Assembly: GCA_965203095.1 (NCBI GenBank)
Contig: OZ241877.1
Span: 1,120,001-1,184,000, forward strand
Length of the DNA: 64,000 bases
Source: Bdellovibrionales bacterium
GTDB taxonomy: Bacteria > Bdellovibrionota > Bdellovibrionia > Bdellovibrionales > UBA1609
Direction: 5' to 3'
Positions 46,820 through 56,383 of this stretch are shown one piece after another (the first letter of the stretch is position 1; each line of letters starts with the position of its first letter). The notes under the pieces were generated by a model. It searched no databases. It saw only the letters and a list, made by a program, of their open reading frames with translations, and had not been told where the DNA came from. The translations under genes and the position numbers were made by a program.

Positions 46820-48415
46820 TCATAAACTGTCCCAAATTGAGACATATTTGCCAAAACAGGCCTTTGTGTCCTCTTTTTCTGGCTGAATCTCCACCAGGCA
46901 GTAAGGCACATCGGGCCATTGAAAAGCCTCTGATTTCTTATAGAACCTATAATTTAAACCCCACATTTTAGCCAAAGAGGAAAAAGTGAGACTGTGAGAA
47001 TTTAAAAAAGCCGGGTTTTTAAATATTCGGGAAAATATTTGCCCACCAAAATTGTTAATCACAATAAGGGTCCAAGGGGGAAGATCTTTAGATCTCCAAA
47101 AACCCGGCATATCATAAAGCAAACTCAAATCCCCTAAGATTCCCACATTATTTGCCTTAGAGCTGACTCCTCCTAAAAAATGAGAAATTAAACCTTCAAT
47201 GCCGCTCCCCCCCGTCTGATTAGTGATGGACAAATTCTTTTTCTCACAAAAGGCTATCCGATCCCATAAACGAATAGGCAAGCTGTTCCCTAAAAAAACT
47301 TTTGAATTTTCTCTTAAAGATTTTTTTAAAGTCCAAAACCAAAACTCCTCACTTTGAGGGTGCTCTTTAAGAATGAGTTTCCATCTTTTCACCTGATGAC
47401 GATCTTTCTCCCAAACAGATTCTCCAAAATTTTTTAAAGAGGAGAGGAAAGGTTTGAGCCTATCTAAAACCTCTGTTAGAGGGGCATTAAAAGATGGACG
47501 GGAAAGCCCAGCATAAAAAGGAGGAGAGGAAAGACTGAGCACAGGGAGTTGGTTTTTCTCTAAATCTCTCCAAAACCGGACACGAGGGATTCCGCCTAAG
47601 CGAATCACTCCATCTATAGCTTTTGTCTTCAGGGCATAGTCAAGTATCTTTTCCCCTGAAATAAGCCCCGGCATATCTATTAAACCAGAGAGAGGCTCAG
47701 TGTAAAACAAGCCTTTATGCCTGGACAAAAGAGCTTTCACAAGAGGTTTTTCTTGTGGTTTGAGTTCTCCTATTAAAAACAAAGGCTTTTTGCATTGCTG
47801 AAAAAACCTTTTTATCTCTTTATTGAAATTGACTTGCTCACTCTCCACATGCTGTTTTTGCTTTTTCCTCTCTGAGTTTTTTTTTGAAGAGTTAAAATAT
47901 TTTGAAAAATCAACAGAGGGAACCGTTTGATCAATTAAAGGCTCGTCAAAACATATATTGAGATGGAGGCTCCCTTTTGAAGCTGTCCAACCTGACAAAT
48001 CCACATCTTTTAAATTTAAAATATTTTTAGCACTTTGACAGTAATCTTTTAAAATATGAACAGCACTTTTTAAAGTTTGTGGAGCACCTTGTTGGCCTTG
48101 CTCTAAAGGACGGTCAGCTGTAATAAAAACTAAAGTCTGGCCACTATAGTGCGACTCAATAGCCGATGGTAACAGCTCTGCCACCGCTGTTCCCGAAGTG
48201 GTTAAAATAGCTACGGGCCTATTGTCCCTCTCTGCTCGTCCTAAGGCAAAAAAACTGGCAGATCGCTCCTCAAAAAAAGACAAAACATCTAAACCTTTTG
48301 AACGGGATAAAACTTCCACAAAAGGGGCCAGCCTCCCTCCCGGGCAAAGGCAAAAAGAGCGAACACCCTGGCAGACTAACTCTTTTATTGTTTTTTTTGC
48401 TATTTCAATATTCAT
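46820..48415 (-). CDS. menD: SEPHCHC synthase
   Basis: CPGGRLAP, ERSASFFALG, TTSGTAVA, ITADRP, GNSLPIR, GDLS.LYD, NNFGG.IF. Confidence 0.93.
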   Translation of the reverse strand: MNIEIAKKTIKELVCQGVRSFCLCPGGRLAPFVEVLSRSKGLDVLSFFEERSASFFALGRAERDNRPVAILTTSGTAVAELLPSAIESHYSGQTLVFITADRPLEQGQQGAPQTLKSAVHILKDYCQSAKNILNLKDVDLSGWTASKGSLHLNICFDEPLIDQTVPSVDFSKYFNSSKKNSERKKQKQHVESEQVNFNKEIKRFFQQCKKPLFLIGELKPQEKPLVKALLSRHKGLFYTEPLSGLIDMPGLISGEKILDYALKTKAIDGVIRLGGIPRVRFWRDLEKNQLPVLSLSSPPFYAGLSRPSFNAPLTEVLDRLKPFLSSLKNFGESVWEKDRHQVKRWKLILKEHPQSEEFWFWTLKKSLRENSKVFLGNSLPIRLWDRIAFCEKKNLSITNQTGGSGIEGLISHFLGGVSSKANNVGILGDLSLLYDMPGFWRSKDLPPWTLIVINNFGGQIFSRIFKNPAFLNSHSLTFSSLAKMWGLNYRFYKKSEAFQWPDVPYCLVEIQPEKEDTKACFGKYVSIWDSL

Positions 48416-48432
48416 AAGATCCTTTTTTTAAA

Positions 48433-49593
48433 TCAGGAGCATTCTAAAAAAAATCGGGTTTGTTGTCTCTTTAAAAAAAGCTCCTGCCACTCTTTTTGTA
48501 AAAGGCTCTCTTTAACCCAGCCCCCTCCAGAGCTGATCTCAGCTTGACCAGAGTCCCACTCCAAAGCCCTTAAAGCCACAAGGCAAAAGGACTCCCTTTG
48601 AGAATGAAAAAAACCCAAAGGGGCACCAAAATATTTCCTTTGTCTTTGAGAGGGCTGGCTTTTTAACCAAGCCAAAGCTGATTTTTTAGGATAGCCCCCC
48701 AAAGCGGCTGTGGGATGAAGTTTTTGGCATATTCTCTCAAAATCAAATTCTTGAATTAAACGGCCAGACATATCCGCCCGCAAATGTTTAAGAGGGGGAA
48801 AGGGATACTCATACACTTTATGTTGAACCCATTGGATTTCGCCTTTTAAAGATTTTTTTAAACCTTGAACAACATAATCATGCTCTTTTAATTCTTTTTT
48901 GTCCCTTAAAAGAGGGGCCCCGGGATGAGGCCCTGTTCCAGCCAAAGCCATTGTTAAAAACCGATCCCCTTGGGCAGAAAAAAGAATCTCCGGTGTTAAA
49001 CCCAAAATGCCTGACTGTTGACTCCAAACTCCATAAAGCCAACCCTGCTTTAATAAAACAGATTTTTTGAAAAGATTTTGAATCAGTAAAAACCTATCTG
49101 GCACTTTAGAAAAGCACTCGGCAAACATCGGAACTGTTTTTTGAAATAGACCTCTTTCAATAGCTTGCTGAGCTTGATAAAAAAGCTGTTGGTATTGAAT
49201 AAAAGAAGGTCTCTTAGAACTTGTAAAATGGTTTTTTAAATGATCTGTCTCTTGCACAGGTAAAAAGGTTTCAGCTTTTTTTCTCTCACTCGAAAAAAGT
49301 TTTGTTTTAAACAAAGAGGAGTTTGAAATAGAACTTCCCCTCTTTTTATGAGAAGAATTTTTTTTATCAAACAGGAAATGGGCCAGTTCTTTTTTGCTCA
49401 GCTGAGCTACAAAACGAGCTTTTATCCAAGGCTTTTCACTTTTAAGAAAAAAATCAGGATGATACAAAGTTTTATCTGAAGGCTTTGGCTCAAAGCAAAA
49501 AGGCCCTTGGCCTACCCAATACTCTTGGTTAAGCCCCTGCAAGACAAATCCCTCTTTTAGCCAAAGCTCCTTATTTAATTTGAGATTCATCAC
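48433..49593 (-). CDS. menF: Isochorismate synthase
   Basis: TPE.LF, ALAGT, KE.KEH..V, LHPTAALGGYP; adjacent to menD. Confidence 0.88.
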   Translation of the reverse strand: MMNLKLNKELWLKEGFVLQGLNQEYWVGQGPFCFEPKPSDKTLYHPDFFLKSEKPWIKARFVAQLSKKELAHFLFDKKNSSHKKRGSSISNSSLFKTKLFSSERKKAETFLPVQETDHLKNHFTSSKRPSFIQYQQLFYQAQQAIERGLFQKTVPMFAECFSKVPDRFLLIQNLFKKSVLLKQGWLYGVWSQQSGILGLTPEILFSAQGDRFLTMALAGTGPHPGAPLLRDKKELKEHDYVVQGLKKSLKGEIQWVQHKVYEYPFPPLKHLRADMSGRLIQEFDFERICQKLHPTAALGGYPKKSALAWLKSQPSQRQRKYFGAPLGFFHSQRESFCLVALRALEWDSGQAEISSGGGWVKESLLQKEWQELFLKRQQTRFFLECS

Positions 49594-49684
49594 TTTTTGC
49601 CCTAAAGTTCAGCTTGAATATTCCCACCTAACTCGTATAGAATAAGCCCGACTTGAGCGAACAGCAAGAATTTTAAACTATTAA

Positions 49685-49761
49685 GGTGGCGTAGCTCAAC
49701 TGGATAGAGCAGCGGCCTTCTAAGCCGCAGGTTGCAGGTTCGAGTCCTGCCGCCATCGCCA
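49685..49761 (+). tRNA. tRNA-Arg (TCT)
   Basis: GGTGGCGTAGCTCAACTGGATAGAGCAGCGGCCTTCTAAGCCGCAGGTTGCAGGTTCGAGTCCTGCCGCCATCGCCA; 77 nt. Confidence 0.97.
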
Positions 49762-49782
49762 TTATAATGAAAATCCCTCAAA

Positions 49783-49856
49783 TATACTGATCACAGCTGA
49801 AGTTTCCGGTCAAAACAGAGTCCAGAAAGCAAGAATTTTCAAACCCAATCGATATA
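49783..49856. mobile_element. IS630-derived MITE
   Basis: TATACTGATCACAGCTGAAGTTTCCGGTCAAAACAGAG...AATCGATATA; 74 bp. Confidence 0.8.
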
Positions 49857-49862
49857 CCTATT

Positions 49863-50333
49863 TTATTCAGAAGGCTTAGCTCGTATAAGCAAAGGTTCTG
49901 AAAAACTTAAAAAGCTATCTGTGACTCGAAAATTTTCAACCAACCACAGCCCCGGCTTTTCAGCAGATTCTTTTAATAAAGCTGTTCCCTCTGCTAATAA
50001 CTCTCCTCCTGCTGGCCCTTCTGTTTTTAAAGAGTAATTAAAAAATATCTCCACCTCTTGCGACTGAGTATCCCCTTTTGTCCAAACTTTGTGAAAGGTA
50101 ATGCTCGTCACTTCAGGATGTTTTTTTATTACAAAGTCAGACAACAGAGTTTGAAACTGGTTTTGAAGGAGGCTATGGGCTTGTTCCTCTTCACTGTCTA
50201 AAGAAGGCCGAGAAAGGTAAAGCCATGAAACACATAAAAGCAAAAGAAATCCTGCTATAGCCCAAAAAGAACCAGAAAAAATATTTTCCTGCACTTTGTG
50301 AGTTAAATTTTTAAAACTATCTTTTGAAATCAT
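49863..50333 (-). CDS. Hypothetical single-pass membrane protein
   Basis: N-terminal TM segment; ATG with GAGGTG RBS. Confidence 0.65.
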   Translation of the reverse strand: MISKDSFKNLTHKVQENIFSGSFWAIAGFLLLLCVSWLYLSRPSLDSEEEQAHSLLQNQFQTLLSDFVIKKHPEVTSITFHKVWTKGDTQSQEVEIFFNYSLKTEGPAGGELLAEGTALLKESAEKPGLWLVENFRVTDSFLSFSEPLLIRAKPSE

Positions 50334-50410
50334 GTTCTCACCTCTATTGTATGTTTTCACTAAGGGACACTGCCCTTAAAATGTTTCAAAACCTAAAAAA
50401 CCAAAGCTCC

Positions 50411-51388
50411 TCAAGGGGCTGGAGCCACTATTTGTGCGATGGATCCAAAAAGGCTATGGCCCTTTTTATCCAGCATTTTTATCTCTATATGATCCCCTGC
50501 TTTCATAAAAGCCTGTTGGGGATGACCTGTTTGTATTTTTTCCAATGTTCTTTTTTCCACAAGGCAACTGCTCCCTTTTGCAGGATCTTTGTTGGAGACG
50601 GTGCCACTGCCAATAATAGTTCCTGCTATAAGGGATCGGGTGGTGGCACAGTGGGCAATAATTTCCCCAAAATGAAAATGCATTTCCCCCGCAGAGGCTT
50701 TGCCAAAAAAAGCTCCGTTAAAATTTACAAGCAAAGGCAAATGTATCCGCCCTTCTTTCCAACTGTCTCCTAATTCCTCTCTTGTGATGGCAAAAGGGGC
50801 AAAAGCAGAAGAGGGTTTACTTTGTAAAAAACCAAAACCTCTTTTTAGTTCCTCCACAGCCAAAGCTCTTAAAGAGACATCGTTAATCAAAACAAATAAG
50901 ATAATATGATCTAAAGCCTTTTTTGCACTAATACCCATGGGGACATCATTCACTATAACCCCGACCTCCCCTTCAAAATCAGTCCCGTCAGAAATATCCC
51001 TTTGAGGAATATCTTCTGTAGGAGCTAAAAAACTGTCTCCCGCTCCTTGGTATACCAAAGGAATTGTTGTGAGAGTTTCCGGAAGTTCTGCTTTTCTGGA
51101 TTTTCGAACCAGTTTGATATGCTGGATAAAAGTGGAACCGTCAATCCACTGAAAAGAGCGAGGGAGTGGAGATAAAAAATCCCTTTCTTTAAGGCTTTGA
51201 GAATGTGCCGTCCCTTCATTTAAGCTTTTATAAAGACTTTCCAAGCGGGGTTGGACTTCCTTCCAGTTTTCTACAGCTGTTCTTAAATTAGGAGCAATAG
51301 AATCAGCTAAAGTCAGCCTTTTATTGTCTTTTGAAACAATAACTAGTTTCCCATCTCTTGAGGAGGACTTAATGGTTCCTAATTTCAT
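50411..51388 (-). CDS. Fumarylacetoacetate hydrolase family protein
   Basis: YQGAGD, DFEGEV, NDVSLR, FLQSKP, GTIIGSGTVS. Confidence 0.92.
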   Translation of the reverse strand: MKLGTIKSSSRDGKLVIVSKDNKRLTLADSIAPNLRTAVENWKEVQPRLESLYKSLNEGTAHSQSLKERDFLSPLPRSFQWIDGSTFIQHIKLVRKSRKAELPETLTTIPLVYQGAGDSFLAPTEDIPQRDISDGTDFEGEVGVIVNDVPMGISAKKALDHIILFVLINDVSLRALAVEELKRGFGFLQSKPSSAFAPFAITREELGDSWKEGRIHLPLLVNFNGAFFGKASAGEMHFHFGEIIAHCATTRSLIAGTIIGSGTVSNKDPAKGSSCLVEKRTLEKIQTGHPQQAFMKAGDHIEIKMLDKKGHSLFGSIAQIVAPAP

Positions 51389-51540
51389 TAAAATAAAACC
51401 TATTTCAAATTAAGAGACAGCTGGACTGTTATATTCCATCAATTTTATCGGTTTTACCGTTGTAGTAAAATCTGATCCAGCTTATCATCCATATTGTCGA
51501 TCTTGTTGTTAATTGTCCAATAGTTCAATTCACTAAAAAG

Positions 51541-52287
51541 CTATTTTTTATTTACTACCTCCATAAAAGGTTTGAAAAGGTCGATAGGGATAGGCAAAAC
51601 AATAGTTTGCTTCCCCTCACCTGTCACTTCCTGCAAAGCCTGAAGGTAAGCTAACTGAAGAGCAGAGGGACTTTGAGAAATAATTTGTGAAGCCTCTTTA
51701 AGTTTTTCTGCTCGTTGAAATTCCCCTTCGGCGTTAATGACCTTAGCCCGCCGTTCCCTTTCCGCCTCAGCTTGTTTGGCCATAGCCCTTTGCATCTCTT
51801 GTGGTAGATCAATATGCTTGACCTCAACTACAGAAACTTTAATGCCCCAAGGCTCTGTAGCTTTATCCAATATTTCCTGTAGGGTGTGATTGATTTTATC
51901 CCGACTGGAAAGCAGATCATCCATTTCATATTGCCCCAAAGTGGATCGCAAAGTGGTTTGAGCGAGCTGGCTGGTAGCAAAATAAAAATCTTCCACCTGT
52001 GTGACAGCCTTTTCTGCCTCTACCACACGGAAATAAATAACCGCGTTGACCTTCATACTCACATTATCCAAAGTGATTACATCTTGAGGTTTAATATCCA
52101 TAGTGACTGTTCGAGTATCTACGCGAATAATCCTTTCCACTCCGGGAATAAGGATGATAAGCCCCGGGCCTCTCACACCCACTGAGCGACCAAACCTTAA
52201 AATCACACCTCTTTCCCACTCTGGAAGAATTTTAATCACAGTGAAAACTAAAAAAAGAATAGCCCCTAAAACATAAAGCATCCACAT
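51541..52287 (-). CDS. SPFH/band-7 (slipin) protein
   Basis: [40 protein letters not shown]. Confidence 0.95.
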   Translation of the reverse strand: MWMLYVLGAILFLVFTVIKILPEWERGVILRFGRSVGVRGPGLIILIPGVERIIRVDTRTVTMDIKPQDVITLDNVSMKVNAVIYFRVVEAEKAVTQVEDFYFATSQLAQTTLRSTLGQYEMDDLLSSRDKINHTLQEILDKATEPWGIKVSVVEVKHIDLPQEMQRAMAKQAEAERERRAKVINAEGEFQRAEKLKEASQIISQSPSALQLAYLQALQEVTGEGKQTIVLPIPIDLFKPFMEVVNKK

Positions 52288-52992
52288 AATAGCCTCCTTA
52301 AATTATTAAAGCCTTTCCCTACTTGTAAGCCTTTTATTGAGAAACATAGCCATAAAAGCGACTCAGGCAAGACCTTTGTAGATTTTTATACAAAGCCTTA
52401 AAGGCAAAAGCAAGAAAAAAACAACATTTTTTAAGCTTATTTTAAAAAACAGAGGCTTTTTCACAAAAAAAAGCCCTTTCCACTCAAAAAAACAGCCTAT
52501 CCCTCTCTTTAAACTTTAAAGGGCAAAAACTTACTCAGGCCAAGTTTATGTAAAATGGAACATATCGGAAAAAGAATTTGATCTTAAACCCAATTATCTC
52601 TTATGCTCTATTTTAATGAAAACATCAAAAGACTTTAGATTTTAGAAAGAAATATATTGGCAAAGTGTTTATAATTTACAGCAAAAACAATCAAATAGCC
52701 AATAAGAATATATTAAGTGAAATTCAAAATGAAATACACTATTTAAAACAAGATAATAAAGAACTCAAAATAAGTTTTCGTGAAAATTCTAATATAATGA
52801 CTGGCATAAAAACAAATATAAGCCATAAACAAATCACTATGGAGATATAGCCTGTAGCTCAACCTTTAACAGCCATAATTTAAGTCAGCTTGTTCAAAAA
52901 AATATTTCAGCTTATTTTTATGATTTTAACTGTTAAGTTCATGGATATTTTAAAAAGATTGGTAGGGGGAGAAACAGGAGGGTTTTGTAAAA

Positions 52993-53066
52993 TATACTGA
53001 TCACAGTGGAAATTTGCGGTCAAAACAGAGTAGAAAAGGCAGGAATTTTTAAATAAAATCGGTATA
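52993..53066. mobile_element. IS630-derived MITE
   Basis: TATACTGATCACAGTGGAAATTTGCGGTCAAAACAGAG...AATTTTTAAATAAAATCGGTATA; 74 bp. Confidence 0.8.
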
Positions 53067-53209
53067 ATAGTAAATTTTCAAGATTTTTTTCAGTTAAAAA
53101 TTTGACATAGTGTTTTTAATTGTATTATGGTGTTTTTTTATGCTTGACTTTTTTAAGCACTAACTAAAAAGGGGTTGCCATTTGAATACTAAAAAAGGCT
53201 ATAACAAAT

Positions 53210-54550
53210 ATGGCAAAAAATAAAAATTTTATATTTACAATTAAAGATGTTCGGTGTTTTGCTGGGGAGCAAAATTTAGACATTCGCCCATTGACCTTTC
53301 TAACAGGGGAGAACAGCACAGGCAAAACAACAATTATGGGTTGCTTCTCCACAATGCATGACCTCATTGGCTATCCATATAGAAGATATCCTCCTTTTAA
53401 TAGAGATCCTTACTCCTTTGGAGGATTTAAAGAGATTGTTAGAAAAGCTAAAGACAACAAAGATCAAAAAACAACATTTGATATAGGGATAGAATCTGAT
53501 GATCCTTCTTTTAAATTCCTGTTTTCTTTTAAAGAGAATAAGGAAGATTCCAGCCCTGGCATTGATTGTATAAATATTCGTTTTGAGGATTTTGAGATTT
53601 TTTTTGATACGGTCAGCACAAGTCCTATTCTTAGTTTAAAATATAAAACAGAAAGCTTTAAAATCCCACTATCAAAACAAACTTTCCACCCAGTAAATGA
53701 AATCTGGCACTTTTGGCCCTTTGGTTTTTTTCATTTTATAACAGAAGCTATGGACAAAGAAGGGAAAAAAAAGAAAAAAGATTCAAAAAAATGGATAAAA
53801 TTTAAAACTATTGCAAAAAAATATGAAAAAAAAATAATGCGTTATATGCGTGATCATTTTTCAGAATTCATCATTAGTTTGGCCCCTATTCGTTCTAAGC
53901 CTAAGAGGACTTATGATCCAGTAGGTGAAGAGTTGCGGGTAGTAAGCCCTGAGGGAAGTGAAGTTCCTCTGTTCCTTATGCGTTTGAGCGGGCAAAAAAA
54001 AGAAGATTGGAAAGATCTGCAAACCAAGCTCACTCGTTTTGGAAAAGCCTCTGGCCTGTTTTCTGACATTGAAGTTAAAAAATATGGTGAATCTATGGGG
54101 GAACCCTTCCAACTGCAATTCCAAGTAAAGGGTGCTCAATCCAATATTATGGATATAGGCTACGGAGTGAGCCAGATTTTGCCCTTGTTAGTTCATCTTT
54201 TTCGCTCTCCTTCCAGCAGACGATTTTTACTGCAACAGCCGGAAGTTCATCTTCACCCCAAGGCTCAAGCCGAGCTGACCTCTCTTTTGATTCAATCTGT
54301 AAAACAAAATCAATCTTTCCTAATTGAAACCCACAGTGACTTTATGATTGATAGAACTCGAATAGAAATACAAAAAGGCAATATACCACCAGATCAGGTC
54401 TCTTTAATTTACTTAGAATCTCTAAAAACCGGAGGAGTGAAAGCACATAATATTTCCTTTGACAAAAAAGGGGATATTTTAAAAACACCTAAAGGCTATA
54501 GAGATTTTTTCCTGAAAGAGACCGATCAATTTTTAGGCTTTCAGGATTAA
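53210..54550 (+). CDS. Soluble ABC-type ATPase (AAA_15/AAA_21, DUF3696-like C-terminus)
   Basis: Walker A GENSTGKT, IGYGVSQILP, LLQQPEVHLHP, IETHS. Confidence 0.88.
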   Translation: MAKNKNFIFTIKDVRCFAGEQNLDIRPLTFLTGENSTGKTTIMGCFSTMHDLIGYPYRRYPPFNRDPYSFGGFKEIVRKAKDNKDQKTTFDIGIESDDPSFKFLFSFKENKEDSSPGIDCINIRFEDFEIFFDTVSTSPILSLKYKTESFKIPLSKQTFHPVNEIWHFWPFGFFHFITEAMDKEGKKKKKDSKKWIKFKTIAKKYEKKIMRYMRDHFSEFIISLAPIRSKPKRTYDPVGEELRVVSPEGSEVPLFLMRLSGQKKEDWKDLQTKLTRFGKASGLFSDIEVKKYGESMGEPFQLQFQVKGAQSNIMDIGYGVSQILPLLVHLFRSPSSRRFLLQQPEVHLHPKAQAELTSLLIQSVKQNQSFLIETHSDFMIDRTRIEIQKGNIPPDQVSLIYLESLKTGGVKAHNISFDKKGDILKTPKGYRDFFLKETDQFLGFQD

Positions 54551-54553
54551 AAC

Positions 54554-54976
54554 ATGTGTATGCTTATAGATACTAACATTTGGGGGGAATTTTTTAAAAA
54601 GACAAAAGATAGCCAGCCCATTCATAATTGGATAAAGAATGGCGGGAAATTGGTTTATTCCAACCATAACCAAATAAAAAAAGAAATGGGATCTTTGATA
54701 AAAAAATTCAGCCAATCCCAAAAACAGGCTCGCCGGAATCCTCTAAAAATCATTCCAAAAGAGAAATTAGAAGCAGAAATAAAATCTATTAAAAAAACAT
54801 ATCCATTAAAATCAGACGACTCACATATACTGGCTTTAGCCAAAGCGGGAGGGGCAACATTGCTTTATTCTAAAGATACAAACCTCCGTGCAGATTTTAA
54901 GAAAATTATAAAAGGCAAAATCTATAAAAACAAAACTCACGAACATCTTTTAACTCAAAACACCTGCCCACAATAA
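54554..54976 (+). CDS. PIN-domain (VapC-like) protein
   Basis: LIDTN, DDSHILALA, LLYSKD..L..DF acidic motif set; 3 nt downstream of the ATPase stop. Confidence 0.75.
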   Translation: MCMLIDTNIWGEFFKKTKDSQPIHNWIKNGGKLVYSNHNQIKKEMGSLIKKFSQSQKQARRNPLKIIPKEKLEAEIKSIKKTYPLKSDDSHILALAKAGGATLLYSKDTNLRADFKKIIKGKIYKNKTHEHLLTQNTCPQ

Positions 54977-55003
54977 ATTATTGAATATAAAAATCAAAGA
55001 GGT

Positions 55004-56347
55004 TTAGGATTCAGAGATTTTTTGGACAAATAGATCCATTTTTTTATGTTTCAATACTTTAACAAAATCTCCTACTTTAAGTGCTTGATTACTTCTAAAT
55101 TTCCAGTTCTCTCCATGGACAACTATCCAGCCCTTTTTTCCCTCTTTATCTAAAATTTCTGTCACTTCCCCCTCTTCATTCAAAACAGCTCCCATAGCTG
55201 TTGTGTCCCTCTTCATACGAACTGTTTTAACAGCTAAATAACAAGCCCCCAACATCAAAAGCCCCACAACAAGAGACACTGCCAAAATAAGGAACAAAGG
55301 CAGTTGATAGCCCCCCATCTCCACCGGATCAAAAAGATACACACTTCCCAAAATAAAAGAAATCACCCCTCCAATGCCCAAAATGCCAAAACTGGGAACT
55401 AACATTTCTGCCAAAAATAACATAAGCCCGGCAAAAATTAAAGCCACAGCCCCCCAAGCCACACTAAAAGCATTAAGCCCTACTAAAGAGATGATTAAAC
55501 CAATCCCCCCCATCACACCGGGGACTAAAGTTCCGGGATGAGTAAATTCAAAATAAATTAACATAATACTGCCCAAAAACAAAAGATAGAGAATTTGTGG
55601 ATCGGCAAAAAAATTCAACACACTATAGCGAAATCCAGTGGGAAAAACCTTAAGAGAACCTATGTTTATATGGGTCTTCCCCCCTTCCTTCATTTCCACA
55701 TTGCGGTTTTTTGAAAAAGCCAAAAACTCATCAGTTGTATCGCCAACAAAATCTATCGCTTTTAAAGCTAAAGCCTCTTCAGCTGTCACAGACTTAGCCT
55801 TTGTGACAATCTCCTCTGCAAACTTCTCATTTCTCTTCCTTAACTTGCTGAGGGATTTAACAAAGGATACGGTGTCGTTTACAGCCTTTTTCCTCATATC
55901 GCTGTCTTTTTCCATCTGTTTGCCCATCATAATAGGGGTGGAAGCCCCTAAATTAGTGCCTCTTAGAGCACCACTCACATGACAGGCTTGTAATATGATC
56001 GCTCCAGCAGAAGTGGCCTGAGCACCCTTAGGGGAGACCAAACACAAAAAAGGTAAGGGGGAATTGAGAATCTCCTGCACTATCAGTCGAGTTGCTGGAA
56101 GAGAACCACCGGGGGTATCCACTTCCATTAAAATAGAAAAACAGTTTTCCGATTTTGAAAAAGCGATAGCCTTTTTGATAATATCTAAAGTGACTGGAGT
56201 GATAGCTGTTTTAATAGGCAAACTTGTTGTGCAAGCCCATAGTGAAACAGGGCATAGAACCAAAAGAAAACCAATTATAGCTATAATTTTTTTAAAAAAT
56301 AACTTTGCCATAAGACTTAAAATAATTTTTATTTCATTTTTTGTCAA
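55004..56347 (-). CDS. nfeD: NfeD family membrane serine protease
   Basis: DTPGG, ATSAG, GASTP, multiple TM segments, C-terminal OB fold (VHGENW). Confidence 0.93.
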   Translation of the reverse strand: MTKNEIKIILSLMAKLFFKKIIAIIGFLLVLCPVSLWACTTSLPIKTAITPVTLDIIKKAIAFSKSENCFSILMEVDTPGGSLPATRLIVQEILNSPLPFLCLVSPKGAQATSAGAIILQACHVSGALRGTNLGASTPIMMGKQMEKDSDMRKKAVNDTVSFVKSLSKLRKRNEKFAEEIVTKAKSVTAEEALALKAIDFVGDTTDEFLAFSKNRNVEMKEGGKTHINIGSLKVFPTGFRYSVLNFFADPQILYLLFLGSIMLIYFEFTHPGTLVPGVMGGIGLIISLVGLNAFSVAWGAVALIFAGLMLFLAEMLVPSFGILGIGGVISFILGSVYLFDPVEMGGYQLPLFLILAVSLVVGLLMLGACYLAVKTVRMKRDTTAMGAVLNEEGEVTEILDKEGKKGWIVVHGENWKFRSNQALKVGDFVKVLKHKKMDLFVQKISES

Positions 56348-56383
56348 TAAATTTTTTTATATTTTTTAATATGTTCAATAATT

